In this document: in pieces, positions 18,560-42,570 of the stretch
Numbering within the stretch: position 1 is the first letter of the stretch
Layout of the letters: every line of letters starts with the position of its first letter
Assembly (NCBI RefSeq): GCF_009914755.1
Contig: NC_060934.1
Strand: one strand, 5' to 3'
DNA length: 64,000 nucleotides
DNA from: the human T2T-CHM13v2.0 reference genome, Homo sapiens
Position numbers and translations under genes: made by a program
The notes under the pieces: generated by a model
What the model was told of the DNA's origin: nothing
What the model saw: only the letters and a program-made list of their open reading frames with translations
Databases searched by the model: none

Positions 18560-19360
18560 TGTTATTTACAGTTGCATAGGAGTAACATTTCTATATTTCA
18601 CTGGAATTAATTTAGTATAAATCTGAAGCTAATTCCGATAAATTAAGATATGTATGGTAAGCCCTAGAGCAAGCACTAAAGAAATAACGCAAAAAATAGT
18701 GAAAAAAAATTAAAGCAATAAAAACGCTTTTTAGAAAATATTCACTTAATGCAAAAGAAAGCAGTAAAGAAGGATCAGAGGAACAAAAAATGAGATAGCA
18801 ATACCTCTTTGGTCTGCAGATATTGCATATGGACATAAAACATAGGCTGAATATCCCTTATCCAAAATGCTTGGGACCAGAAGAGTTTTAGGTTTCAGAT
18901 TTTTTTTTTAAATTTTGGATATTTGCATTATACTTACCAGTTGAGCATCCCTAATCCAGAAATCTGAAACACAAATTGTTCCAATGAGCATTTCCCTTAA
19001 ACATCATGTTGGTACTCAAAAAGTTTCAGATTTTAAAGCATTTCAGATTTCAGATTTTCAGATCTGAGATGCTCATCCTGTACTAGCAAACTGAGTCCTG
19101 CAAAATATAAAAATTATACACCATGACCAAGTAGGATTTATCCCAGGAATGCAAGGTTTAACATCTGAAAATCAATTAATGTAGTACGTTTTATCAATAG
19201 AATAAGAAATAGAAACCACAAAATCATCTCAATAGAAGCAAAAAAAGCATTTGACAAAATCCAACACCCTTTGATGATAAAAACAGCCAACAAACTAAGA
19301 ACAGAAAGGACTTTCTTCAACCTGATAAAGAGTATCTACAAAAAAAGTTCACAGCTAAAT
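18560..19360 (+). mobile_element. Old L1M fragments (inter-ORF/ORF2) flanking Tigger4a
   Basis: ORF2 RT-region sequence ccatgaccaagtaggatttatcccaggaatgcaagg...gcatttgacaaaatccaaca. Confidence 0.8.
18843..19080. mobile_element. Tigger4a (Zombi/MER46-type) TcMar DNA transposon MITE
   Basis: TIR-like ends aggctgaatatcccttatcc and gatgctcatcctg, followed by TA. Internal gcttgggaccagaag. About 238 bp. Confidence 0.85.
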
Positions 19361-19395
19361 GTTTTAATAAATTAAAATACAAGAAAGAAAACTTA

Positions 19396-19448
19396 TTAGG
19401 TTGGTGCAAAAGTAATAGCAGTTTTGCCATTACTTTTGCACCAACCTA
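19396..19448. mobile_element. MADE1 (Hsmar1-derived MITE), internally deleted
   Basis: TTAGGTTGGTGCAAAAGTAAT...ATTACTTTTGCACCAACCTA flanked by TA. Confidence 0.92.
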
Positions 19449-19837
19449 TAAAACCACCTATAATCCTGCCAACCAGAGATAAGAACATGTTGGTTAATAG
19501 CCTCTCAGGTATACGTGTATTCATTTTGGAGACATTCTTTTACCACAATGATATAGCCAAGGTTGCATGGTCAGACATCTCCTCAAAGGACTGAAAGTGA
19601 TAGAAAACACAAACTCTTCCCACCCAAACTATTTTCCCATCAATGATGCAAAGGCTCAGGCTGACAGCCTAAGTTCCAGTATTGCCCCTGATGTCAGCTT
19701 GTAAATAAATATTATTTTGTGTCTCTGGTCCCTACTAAGCCCAGATGAGTACAGAAAAAGGACTGAACAAAGTTGGGTATGGAAGGGGCTGATAAGATTC
19801 CCAGACTTGCACAATCAGGACAACAAATTTTTAAAAA

Positions 19838-20075
19838 TAATAATAATAAACATGTATATAGCACTGAATATGTGCCAGGCACTATTCTACATGCTTTATA
19901 TATATTGTCATTTAGTAATCTCAATAATGACATAGGTCCATTGTTATCCTCACTTTATAGCTGAGAAAACTCAAGGAAAGAATGGTTAAATAACTTGTCC
20001 AAAGTAATGGTACAGCAAGGACTCAAACTCAGACAACCTGACTCTAGAGTCCCCACTCTTAACCACTACATTATG
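19838..20075 (-). mobile_element. MIR
   Basis: MIR core: atgtgccaggcact...ttatcctcactttatagctgagaaaact...ggttaaataacttgtccaa. Confidence 0.8.
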
Positions 20076-20247
20076 CTATCTCTTAAACAGCAGAGGAATG
20101 AGCAAACCTAAGAAACAAAAAGGAATGGAAATATGTAGGAAAAAACGGGAGAGGCTCCATTTCTATCTCTAATCACAGTTAAGTTCCAAATTCAGCCTGA
20201 CTCAAGTTAAGAAATCTGAGCTGTAGTTATCTCAGAAAAGCAGTGGG

Positions 20248-22255
<2,008 letters not shown>

Positions 22256-22286
22256 AATAGGGCAAACATAGAAAAAGACTCTAAGA

Positions 22287-22436
22287 AAATTTCAGGATAA
22301 GTTTAGGAGGGGGTTTAGATGCTAAAGTCACACTCATCTAAAACACAGCAGCCTCCAGCTAAAAATCTTAATATTTAATTATGAATGTCTGAATCTCCTA
22401 AACTAAGACTTCTTTACCTCACTGCAGTTCACCAAG
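22287..22436 (+). repeat. Copy 1 of a ~150-bp local direct duplication
   Basis: About 89% identical by hand alignment to 23924-24072. Confidence 0.92.
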
Positions 22437-23923
22437 TCCAGCTATGACCTATTGTAAAACTTCATTTTGCAGCATAAACCAAACTAAGGTAAAACAGATG
22501 ATTAACCACATGGGATTCAGTATTTGGTTTTTTAATTCTAGCTGTAGTCTTAAGAGATTAGGGTACAGCAACCATTACAATGATATGTAATGCTCCCAGT
22601 CATTGGGTAAACAATATTATACCAGCTTCATTTTGGTGCTTTGTTTTAATCTGCATAATGCTTTTCATTTTCTCTAATGGGAGATCAGCAGGGTCTGATT
22701 AACAGAAAAAAAAAGGTCATGATTGATAAATTCTAACTCAGTGAAGATAATATGAGCCTACCTGCCACCTCAGAGCAGACAACTGCAGAATAGAAGGTTA
22801 TGTTCATGTACTCCCTGCTAGTCAAGAGTCAACAGCCCAATGGCTCTGCTTCTATCATTAATCAATTTAGTCCACATTTACTTTTCACTAGACTAAGTTG
22901 CATCCTTCAGCTGAAGTGCCTGGACATGAAACTGCTTCTCTCTCATTGGTAACCATTTTGTTAAGTGAATTATAGCAATGCAGCAAAGATTTCAGCCCAA
23001 ACAGGTGAGTGGGCAAAGGAAGTTGGGGAGACCTCACATCCCTTCCTAACCCTAACTTTGCTATCGACAGTGATTACTGCTTGAAGGCTTATTTCCTGTG
23101 ACATTCAGAATTCTGTACACAGCCTATTCCAAAGGATGTTATACTCAATAACCCCATTATCTCAGAGGCTGCTGAAAGCTATTCTTGTTCCTCAGCCTCC
23201 CCAGCAGTGTACACTTAACCATGTGTGTGTGTGTCTATGCGCGTGCACATGTGCGCACCCATGTATGAGGGGAAGAGTGTTTTTTAGGGTGAAAGAAAAC
23301 AGCTACATAAGCAAGTAAGAAGGGTGGGTGAGGGGACCACTTTGGCACTGGAACAAAAAGACCATGAAGTGAACAGGAAGACAAGAAGCAAACTCCCTAG
23401 GTGAATAATTAAGAGATTTAAAAGAAACACACTAAATTCTCATTCCAAACCCCAGGCTTGTCACTAATCATAACAATATCTGAAAAGTCATTCTTGAAGA
23501 AATACTGAATGTCAGCTTAAGGCATTCCAAATAAAGAAAAAAGTTAATACATTAACCATAGTTAAAACTTATCCACTTAAGAAAATTACAGATCAGGAGA
23601 ATCACCTACTTGCAGTGTGATTCAGTCACTATTTCTTTCTGTGAGCAATCAGAGAACAGGATTTTGAACTCGGTCCTAATAAAATGCTCATTAAGTGAAA
23701 AGCATTAAAATTTTAATTTGAAGAGATTCATTAAGGGCCTCAAATTACTTACCCTGAAAGTTGTTTGGTTAGATGAAGGTCAGATTTTAGTTTACTATCT
23801 TTCTCTCTTTTGACTAATAAGGTTAATAGCAGACATCTTCCTAAAGTACAAGACCTCACTGGGATTGCCTGCCAAGTGTTGGCAGGAAATATTTAGCATA
23901 TAAGTCTTCAGACAAAAGTTTCC

Positions 23924-24072
23924 AAATTTCAGGATAAGTTTAGGACGGGTTTTAGATACTAAAGTCACACTCCTCTAAAACACAGCAGCCCCCAACTAAA
24001 AATCTTACTATTTAATTACAATGTCTGAATTTCCTAAACCAAGACTCCTTTACTGTGCTGCAGTTCACCAAG
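23924..24072 (+). repeat. Copy 2 of a ~150-bp local direct duplication
   Basis: Aligns to 22287-22436. Confidence 0.92.
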
Positions 24073-24177
24073 CAGCCCTGCACTGGCCCCTCAAAGTACT
24101 CCTTTGTGAACCATTAGATCTGTGGAAGCAGCTGAAGCAACAATTACACCAAGAAGCGGAATCTCAAAGGTGGAGCA

Positions 24178-24203
24178 ATATATATATATATATATATATA
24201 TAC
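24178..24203. repeat. (TA)n microsatellite
   Basis: Read directly from the sequence. Confidence 0.95.
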
Positions 24204-25214
24204 ATTTTTTGTATAGCAAAGCAACGACACAACTCTCCTATAGAGAAGAAAACATACAGGGCCCTGTTTGTGTTCCAATAAAGACAGCAGTTTCTAAGCA
24301 GCTGCATTTTAAGAATCTCACTGAAGGATCAAACAGGGAGAGGCAAATTGTTTAAATACAAATAACTTTGACAGTTAAAGAACTAGCATGACTAAGCCAT
24401 GAAAGACAAGTGAAAAGCAAAAAGACTGACACTTGAGCAAATTTATGCTCCGAGTGTGACGAAGTACTTTTAACTTTCACTGTCACAATCTAAACTAAGT
24501 ATTCTTAGAACAGAAAGGTCTACAGCCTTCCTGCTGCCTTTCACCTGCTAGGGAGACACTACCTTACAGTAGTCATCAGATGCACTGCATTCCAGATCTC
24601 AAAGACATAATTTGGAGCTATTGTCAACTGGCAAACTAGTCTGGAAGGCCTCACAGCTGTTTGCTGTCTAAAGACTTCACATGCAACCCAAGCCCTTCTC
24701 ATGGTTATTAAAGAACATACTACAGAAGAGGTGGCTAAGAGTTTGTTCACTCTGCCTTAAAAATCCTTTTCAGGTGTGGGATCAGCACAAATACCTTTTA
24801 TAAACAGCAGAAACAAATGCTGCACAACATCAGAATTTTACTACTAAGTGTTTATATCTCTATCCTTGATCATCAACTTGGTGTTAAATATCCCACAGTA
24901 TTCCTGGATAACCACAGGTCAGATTTTCTGACACAGGTTGTTTTCTAAACCACAGAAAGTAGTGTCATGGGTATATAACACAAGCTATTAGCGAAAGGCA
25001 AAGGAGCCTAAGGCAGCACTCATTACCATTGGTTCACTGGAGTACGTACTTCCAAGTCATACTATTTTTTGCTCTCTGCTAAGAGAATACTGACTGAGAA
25101 AAGAAAACTCCCTGGACTGCCCTCATTCAAAGCTATCAAGTTCTCCCTACCAAGGAAAGCAAAACACCTTTCAAGGTTAAGGTAATATCTTAACTTTTAT
25201 AGAAAAGAAAAATT

Positions 25215-25512
25215 GGCCGGGTGCGGTGGCTCATGCCTGTAATCCCAGCACTTTGGGAGGCCGAGGTGGGTGGATCACGAGGTCAGGAGTTCGAGACCAG
25301 CCTGGCCAACATGGTGAAACCCCATCTCTACTAAAAATACAAAAATTAGCCGGGAATAGTGGTGCGTGCCTGTAATCCCAGCTACTCAGGAGGCTGAGGC
25401 AGCAGAATCACTTGAACCTAAGAGACAGAGATTGCAGTGAGTACAGATCACGCCACTGCACTCCACCCTGGGCAACAGAGTGAGACTCTGTCTCAAAAAA
25501 AAAAAAAAAAAG
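25215..25512 (+). mobile_element. AluS (Sg/Sc-like)
   Basis: Alu consensus with ggatcacgaggtc. Confidence 0.93.
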
Positions 25513-25594
25513 AAAGGAAAAATGAAGAAATGAAGATGTACTTAGGAAACACTCTGAGGAAGGGTCAAAATGCTAAACCTAAAAAAAAAAAAAC

Positions 25595-26120
25595 TATGGC
25601 AATTTCTCAAAAAATTAAATACAGAATTATCATATGACACAGCAATTCCTCCTCTGGGGATATGTCCCCAAAAAGTGAAAGTGGGGTCTCAAACAGGTAT
25701 CTGTATACCCATGTTCATACCAGCATTATTTATAATAACCAAAAAGTAGAAGCAACTCAAGTGTCCATCAACGGATGAATGGATAAGTAAAATGTGATAC
25801 ATACAGACAGAGGAAGATTATTCACCCTAAAAATGAAGGGAATTCTGACACATGCTACAACAGGAATGAACCTTGAAGACACAAGTGAAATAAGCAGTAT
25901 TTTATAGTTCACTAGGAGCTTTCATATGCATTACATTATATAATTCTCACAACTACTACCTGGTGAAATAGTTGCTATCACCAGCACCCCCACTTTACAG
26001 AGGGTGGATAGAGGCCCACAGAAGCTAAGTAACTTGCTCAAGGTCACACAATAAGTGGTAGAGACAAAAGAAAAAAATAAGTTTTTCCAACTCAAATTTC
26101 CATATTCCTTTCAATACATC
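25595..26120. mobile_element. L1M 3' fragment (+, ~25595-25895) followed by MIR (-, ~25900-26120)
   Basis: L1 gcaattcctcctctggg.. motif and MIR ctaagtaacttgctcaaggtcacac motif. Confidence 0.75.
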
Positions 26121-26186
26121 ATGGTGAGTTTTCTGTTTAACCCTCCATGTTAAGTCTTCAATGCAGCTTTACAGAAGGAGGCATTA

Positions 26187-26566
<380 letters not shown>

Positions 26567-26869
26567 TCAGCTTTGCCAAGGAACAAATATGGGGCCTTCC
26601 ACAATATACAACATCTTTAAGACTCAGTTTCCTCACTGGGAAAAAGTATATTTTAAAAAGTACATAATACACCCTATAGAGTTTGAAGATTAAAGAAGGT
26701 AGCATAAGAAAGAGTAGCACAAAGTCTGGCATTTAATAAGTGAGAATAGATGTCAGAAAAAAAAAGGGTAAACATTTGCAGGCTTAGTACTACCTGTATT
26801 TTTCCCTGATCTGGCCTTACTGTGGTGACATTCAAACACTTCTTTCCAATAATCTCTTAAGAAAACTGA

Positions 26870-27170
<301 letters not shown>

Positions 27171-28865
27171 CATGACTGGATCTTTTTGCTACTTTAGATG
27201 TATACTGAGTCCGGTTATTAGCAACAGTAAAAATGATGTGATTATTGCAGCAAGTTCATCAGAGAAATTTAAGGAATGAAAATGAAGGTATATGCCTGAC
27301 AGTCATGCAAAGAGAAGAAAGAAGTTACATGGTAACAAGGCTCAGCCCAGTCCTTTCTTAGCTGTCGGAAAAAGGAGAGGTCAAAAGCTTAAATCAGCTG
27401 CTTGATGGCCCTTGGGAAGAACACAGACAGCAGCCAAGCCAGAAACCACTGAAAGGAAAAGCAGAAGATAAGGCAAGTATAAAGGAATGTGATCAAGGAA
27501 ACAGGCCCCAGATGAAAAGGAGCTGCCTGGAAGGCCTACATAAATACATGAATGAGTCAACACAACATAAATTATACCCATATGCACTTCATACCCTAGC
27601 CCAGAACCTGGTGACCTGGTGCTTCATTCAAACACCCACATTTGTCATGCTGCCCTTGGGTCATAAACAGATATTTGGGAGAAGGCAGTTTGTAATTCCT
27701 GATTCTTACAGAAAATCGCATTTATCGTAAGGCCTCACCACAGTATCTGGATTATTTGCTAGGTGCAGATATGCATTTATTTGTGAGATTTATAAAATTG
27801 TGTTTGATGCAAAATGAGTCTGGTGACAGGTAAGGCAGACCAACCTTCACTGCAATCTTGTTAGCACATCTCACCCCATGCTCCCTCATCCCAGCCCTCT
27901 TAACACACAAATTTCACACTTCTCCTTTTATGCCCAGATGTGCCAAACAGGGTAGTAAATCACTGCAGGGACAGGGCATTTTACCTTTAAATAAAAAGAA
28001 AGAAAAGATATAGGAAAAAAATCACAGACCAGCTTTGTCACACATTAGAATCTATACCAAGTTGTAAATGTGCATTACTATTACTAGGAATGTCTGGCAA
28101 GGCTTACATCTGGAGCTAAATCAAGTTCCCCATCTGTTGGGTTTGCCTCTTTTACTCAATGTTAATTTTTCAATTGTTTATAAGAACAGTGTAATAACTG
28201 TTGAGAAAATGAAAAATCAAAGGCACAAAGGGAGCAACGAACAGAAGAAAAGTCGAATTTAGGTTTCCCAATGGTGAAAGCACTTTCTCTTCTCCATTTA
28301 CCAACAGCTCACACCTGTGCATGGGTGGTGCCTCCTCAAGACCCTGACCAACTCCATGCCTGACACAACTTTATGCAATACATACAGCACTCTGTAATTG
28401 TCTTGCTGTTTCATAAGCAACCTAAAATGACTCAGCCCCATGGACTCCAATTGCCTCTGTTTACCATAAATAGAAATAGTCACGTAAAGTAAAAGGTCAA
28501 CATTCTAGATCTCCATGAATCATTCACTGAAGTCATGGAGAAAAGCTGAAAATCTTTGGAGAAAAGTTTTCAGATGACCTATACATAGAGAACACTCTGG
28601 CAACTAGCATGCCTGAAAAGGGCTTATAACCATCTCTCAGTAAAAAAATTCACAGAACAGCCAGCACTTTGAGCTGTTTCAATATGATAAAATAAAAGCC
28701 TCGTGTACTCCTGCTTTTCTTGATCAAGTACGACAATTTTTCTTCCACTCCTACAGACATCAAGGCTTAAAATAGTAGTAGTGTTCAACACACTTTACTT
28801 AGAAAGGTACAATAAACCTCAGGAAGAGCCAAGGAACTCTGCAAGAGATACTTCTCATTCCTTAC

Positions 28866-28941
28866 CTGATATTAACCAATGCATGGGTCACCTTGCTAGC
28901 TGCTTCCTTCCACTGGCCTGCATTGGTAGAAAGCCTCAGGA
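28866..28941 (-). CDS. ARMH3: ARMH3 internal coding exon, 76 nt, (V)[24 protein letters not shown](R) (about exon 23)
   Basis: ttctttgcag|TC acceptor and CAG|gtaag donor. The phase-1 start completes GTC (Val) with the previous exon, and the frame is open. Confidence 0.93.
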
Positions 28942-29455
28942 CTGCAAAGAAGGAAAGAACACAGATCTGTCAAACCCCCGGCATAAAACACAAACATGAG
29001 GAATGAAGACACATCTCAGAATAGCACTCTCAGAATAACCAAACAAAGCCTGCGCCAATCTTCTGTTAAAAACATCCTCAGCTTAGATAAAAATACAAGG
29101 GCTTATAGAATTCTCGCAACTATTTTCACTCCAGTTTTTTCTCTAACTTCTTTTCACTTTCTATCAAAATACTCTACTCCTTCTCTGCCTTAGGTTTTCC
29201 CTCCCCTCTGCTAACCGGGTTCCATAACTTAATTTTTGCATGCATTTACAATCTGCACTGGGGTGGTGATGTGAGGGTAAACTTGTTGCCATATCTATCA
29301 TTTCCCTAATGGTGGGGGCTGATTTAGTGGAACTGGCTGGCTTAGTTGATGTCCCTTCCTGCTCTATGTATATGCATAAACTCCTTAACATATAAACTCA
29401 GTCAAACAGGACACATCCACATAGAGGATGGTCATGTGTCAATCAAGGATTAACC

Positions 29456-29697
29456 TTTTTTTTTTTAATTATACTTTAAGTTCTAGGGTACATGTGCACA
29501 ACGTGCAGGTTTGTTACATATGTATACATGTGCCATGTTGGTGTGCTGCACCCAATAACTCGTCATTTACATTAGGTATATCTCCTAATGCTATCCCTCC
29601 CCCATCCCTCCACCCCACAACAGGTCCCGGTGTGTGATGTTCCCCACCCTGTGTCGAAGTGTTCTCATTTTTCAATTCCCACCTATGAGTGAGAACA
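29456..29697 (-). mobile_element. 5'-truncated primate L1PA 3' end (~240 bp, L1PA4/5-like)
   Basis: ttatactttaagttctagggtacatgtgcacaacgtgcagg...; 15-bp TSD GATTAACCTTTTTTT at 29448-29462 and 29698-29712. Confidence 0.93.
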
Positions 29698-29969
29698 GAT
29701 TAACCTTTTTTTGCTCCTCTGACTTAACTGTTTGACCTGCAAAATGAATCTACAAGAACGTTCTTCCCTTGTGTGACCAAATTCTCTCCCTTTTCCAAAC
29801 TCACACAGAGAGGAAAGATAATAGAAATATAGACCTGAATATATCCTCTATCAGCTATGATCTTCAGAGCCACACATGCCATTTTAGAAAAGAGACAAAA
29901 CAGCACAAGTGCTCCTTGAAAGAGCAAGCACATGGTAGGCACTCTAAGTGTATGTTTTAATGAATGGCT

Positions 29970-30340
29970 AATTAATAAGGGCTAAATATGCAGAGAGCTT
30001 ACTATGTGCCAGGCACTGGACCAACTTAGGTTATATGTAATGTAGCATACAGATGAGGAAAACCAAGACTCAGAGGAGACAAGTACGGTAACTGATTGCA
30101 GTCATTCACACAAGTTGTAAGTAATGGAGCTGGAATTCAAACCTGGAGGGAAATGACTCAAGAGCCTACATTTATGTAGAGAAGTAACTACAAGATCTCT
30201 GAAGCCAATGGTCAGGGTCCAAGTCCAGCCCCTACCACCTACTAGAAAATAACAGCAATACCTATATGAAAGAATTGTTATATATAAAGCTCTTAGATTA
30301 GTGCCTGCCACATAGTAAATAAGTTTTAGCTATTATTAAT
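29970..30340. mobile_element. MIR fragments
   Basis: MIR motifs cttactatgtgccaggcact, acagatgaggaaa and gtgcctgccacatagtaa. Confidence 0.65.
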
Positions 30341-30837
30341 TTCAACAGACTACCTCCCAAATGAATGAATGAATGTACCTGGACTTTCCCAAAAGAAAAA
30401 AAGTAGGGCCTCACTAACATTAAGAAATGTGTGACCAATCTGTATATGACCCTCATAGCTGAGTACCATCACTATGTACGCCTGACCAAGATTCTGAAGA
30501 GCTGCAGCAGAAGCTCTATCAGAGGGAGGGCCTGTGGCTGTGATGGGGGAAAGAAAGCTCATCTGGCTGCTCTACGTCTGTTCCAGCAATGTCTCACATT
30601 TATAAATTCATGCAATTTAATGAAAAAGAAGACAGAAGACTTAATAAAACACATCAACAGTGCTGCTTTTTTAATTTATAAGATTTAGTGCAAGGGAATT
30701 TGGTATAGTTCCAAGTTAGAGCTCTACAGTCTAAACTCAGGTTTCACTGAGTGCATGTGAGAATTTATTCATGTAATGAACAAAATTGTTTCAGGAAGCC
30801 ATACATTTATTGTTCAACTCAATTGTGAAATTTATTT

Positions 30838-30860
30838 TTTTAATTTTATTATTATTATAC
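30838..30860 (-). mobile_element. 23-bp L1 3'-terminal micro-insertion
   Basis: Reverse complement GTATAATAATAATAAAATTAAAA matches the L1PA terminus. Perfect 20-bp TSD ctcaattgtgaaatttattt at 30818-30837 and 30861-30880. Confidence 0.75.
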
Positions 30861-31581
30861 CTCAATTGTGAAATTTATTTAGATGCATTGGTTTTTCACC
30901 AGATCCCCCACAAAAATCACAAGTTCTCTGATGGTAGAACCTAGACATTTATGAAATGGAGCTGAATTTTGCCTCCTCACATTTTCACAGAGGTATTGAA
31001 CTCTGTCCACGGATTACTTCTCTGTAATATCCTGTCAGCTCTGTTCCTTACTGAACAGGCACCCAGATGACCTCATCACTACATTTCCTTTGGAAACACC
31101 ATTGGTTTTTACATTCTTTTCTAAGCTACCAAACTGAAACACAAAATTATTTCAAAATTCCCTAAAAGCCTCAAACTAAAGCCATCATTTATGTAGTAAA
31201 TTATAGTACACAAAAATAATATGCAGCCATTTAAAAAGAGACATGAAAATTACAAAAAAAATGAATTGTATGTTAAAAAACACAAGCTAGAAGGATATCA
31301 TGATTACAACTCTGTAAAACTATGCATGCATGTGGGTTAATATACAACAGTGAAAACAGTGGTAGTACTAGAACCAAGGAATTATAAGATTTTAATTATT
31401 TTCTATGCTTTTTCTTTAGTATTGGTAATTACCTTTGATTTTAAAAACAAGAAAAGACAGCTTAAAACATAATGTCATTTATGGTTCTGGGTAGCTTCTG
31501 TGGAAGTCCTTCCCATACAGTGGGCTTCACTGCAGCCAAACAGGAAGATTAAGTGTGTGCCTTTATCAAAAATGTCTTAGT

Positions 31582-31886
31582 GAGCCGGGCACAGTGGCTC
31601 ATGCCTGTAATCCCAGCACTTTGGGAGACTGAAGTGGGTGGATCACTTGAGGTCAGGCATTCAAGACCAGCCTAGCCAACATGGTGAAACCCCATCTCTA
31701 CTAAAGATACAAAAAAAAATTAGCTGGGTGCCGTGGCACATGCCAGTAGTCCCAACTACTCAGGAGGCTGAGGCAGGAGAATTGCTTTAACCCTGGAGGC
31801 ACAAGTTGCAGTGAACCAAGATTGCACCACTGCACTCCAGCCTAGGCAACAGAGCAAGACTCCATCTCAAAAAAAAAAAAAAAAAA
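31582..31886 (+). mobile_element. AluS
   Basis: Alu consensus; TSD aaaaatgtctt. Confidence 0.93.
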
Positions 31887-31889
31887 TGT

Positions 31890-40290
<8,401 letters not shown>

Positions 40291-40296
40291 TATACT

Positions 40297-41560
<1,264 letters not shown>

Positions 41561-41579
41561 GAAAAGAAAAGAAAGACAT

Positions 41580-42140
41580 CTCATACAATTTACCCGCTTA
41601 ACCACTTTTTTAAAAAAGACTCATCAATGGCAGTAGTAAGAAGGGGGAAAAGAGGAGAAGTTCAATCTTTAACTGACTGTGAATAACTAAGATACTCTAC
41701 TTTTGGAGGCGCCCCTCTTAACCATTTTTAAGCATACAATTTAGGTGTTAAGTACATTTACATTGCTGTAAAACAGATCTCCAGAACTTTTTCATCTTGT
41801 AGAACTGAAACTCTACACACATTAAGCAACTCTCTTTGTCTCCTCCCAAAGCCCCTGGTAATCATCATCCTACTTTCCATATCTGTGAATTTAACTACTT
41901 TGGATACCTCATATAAGTACTACCCCTTTGTTACTGCTTTATTTCACTTAGCACAATATCCTCAAGGTTCATACACACTGCAACATGTAACAGGACTTCT
42001 TTCCTTTTGAAGGCTGCATAATATCCCACTGGGTGTATATACCATATTTTGTTTATCTATTCATCTGTCAATGGACATTTGAGTTGCTTCCACCTTTTGG
42101 CACTTGTGAATGGTGCTATTATAAACTTTGGTGTGCACTG
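41580..42140 (-). mobile_element. L1MB-like 3' end in antisense, hosting the Y RNA copy
   Basis: ctccagaactttttcatcttg..aactgaaactcta and ggacatttgagttgcttccacc. Confidence 0.8.
41612..41713 (-). pseudogene. Y1 RNA (RNY1-like) retropseudogene
   Basis: Reverse complement GGC...TTCACAGTCAGTTAAAGATTGAACT...TTTCCCCCTTCTTACTACTGC..TTGA..AGTCTTT aligns by eye to hY1. Flanked by a ~17-bp TSD ccc(g/t)cttaacca(c/t)tttt (about 41593-41609 and 41713-41729). Confidence 0.88.
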
Positions 42141-42144
42141 GTGT

Positions 42145-42551
<407 letters not shown>

Positions 42552-42570
42552 TTTTTTTTTTTTTTTTTTT

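Noticed and set aside
23220-23260. Alternating purine-pyrimidine tract as a Z-DNA element
   Set aside because: Short and interrupted; such tracts are common.
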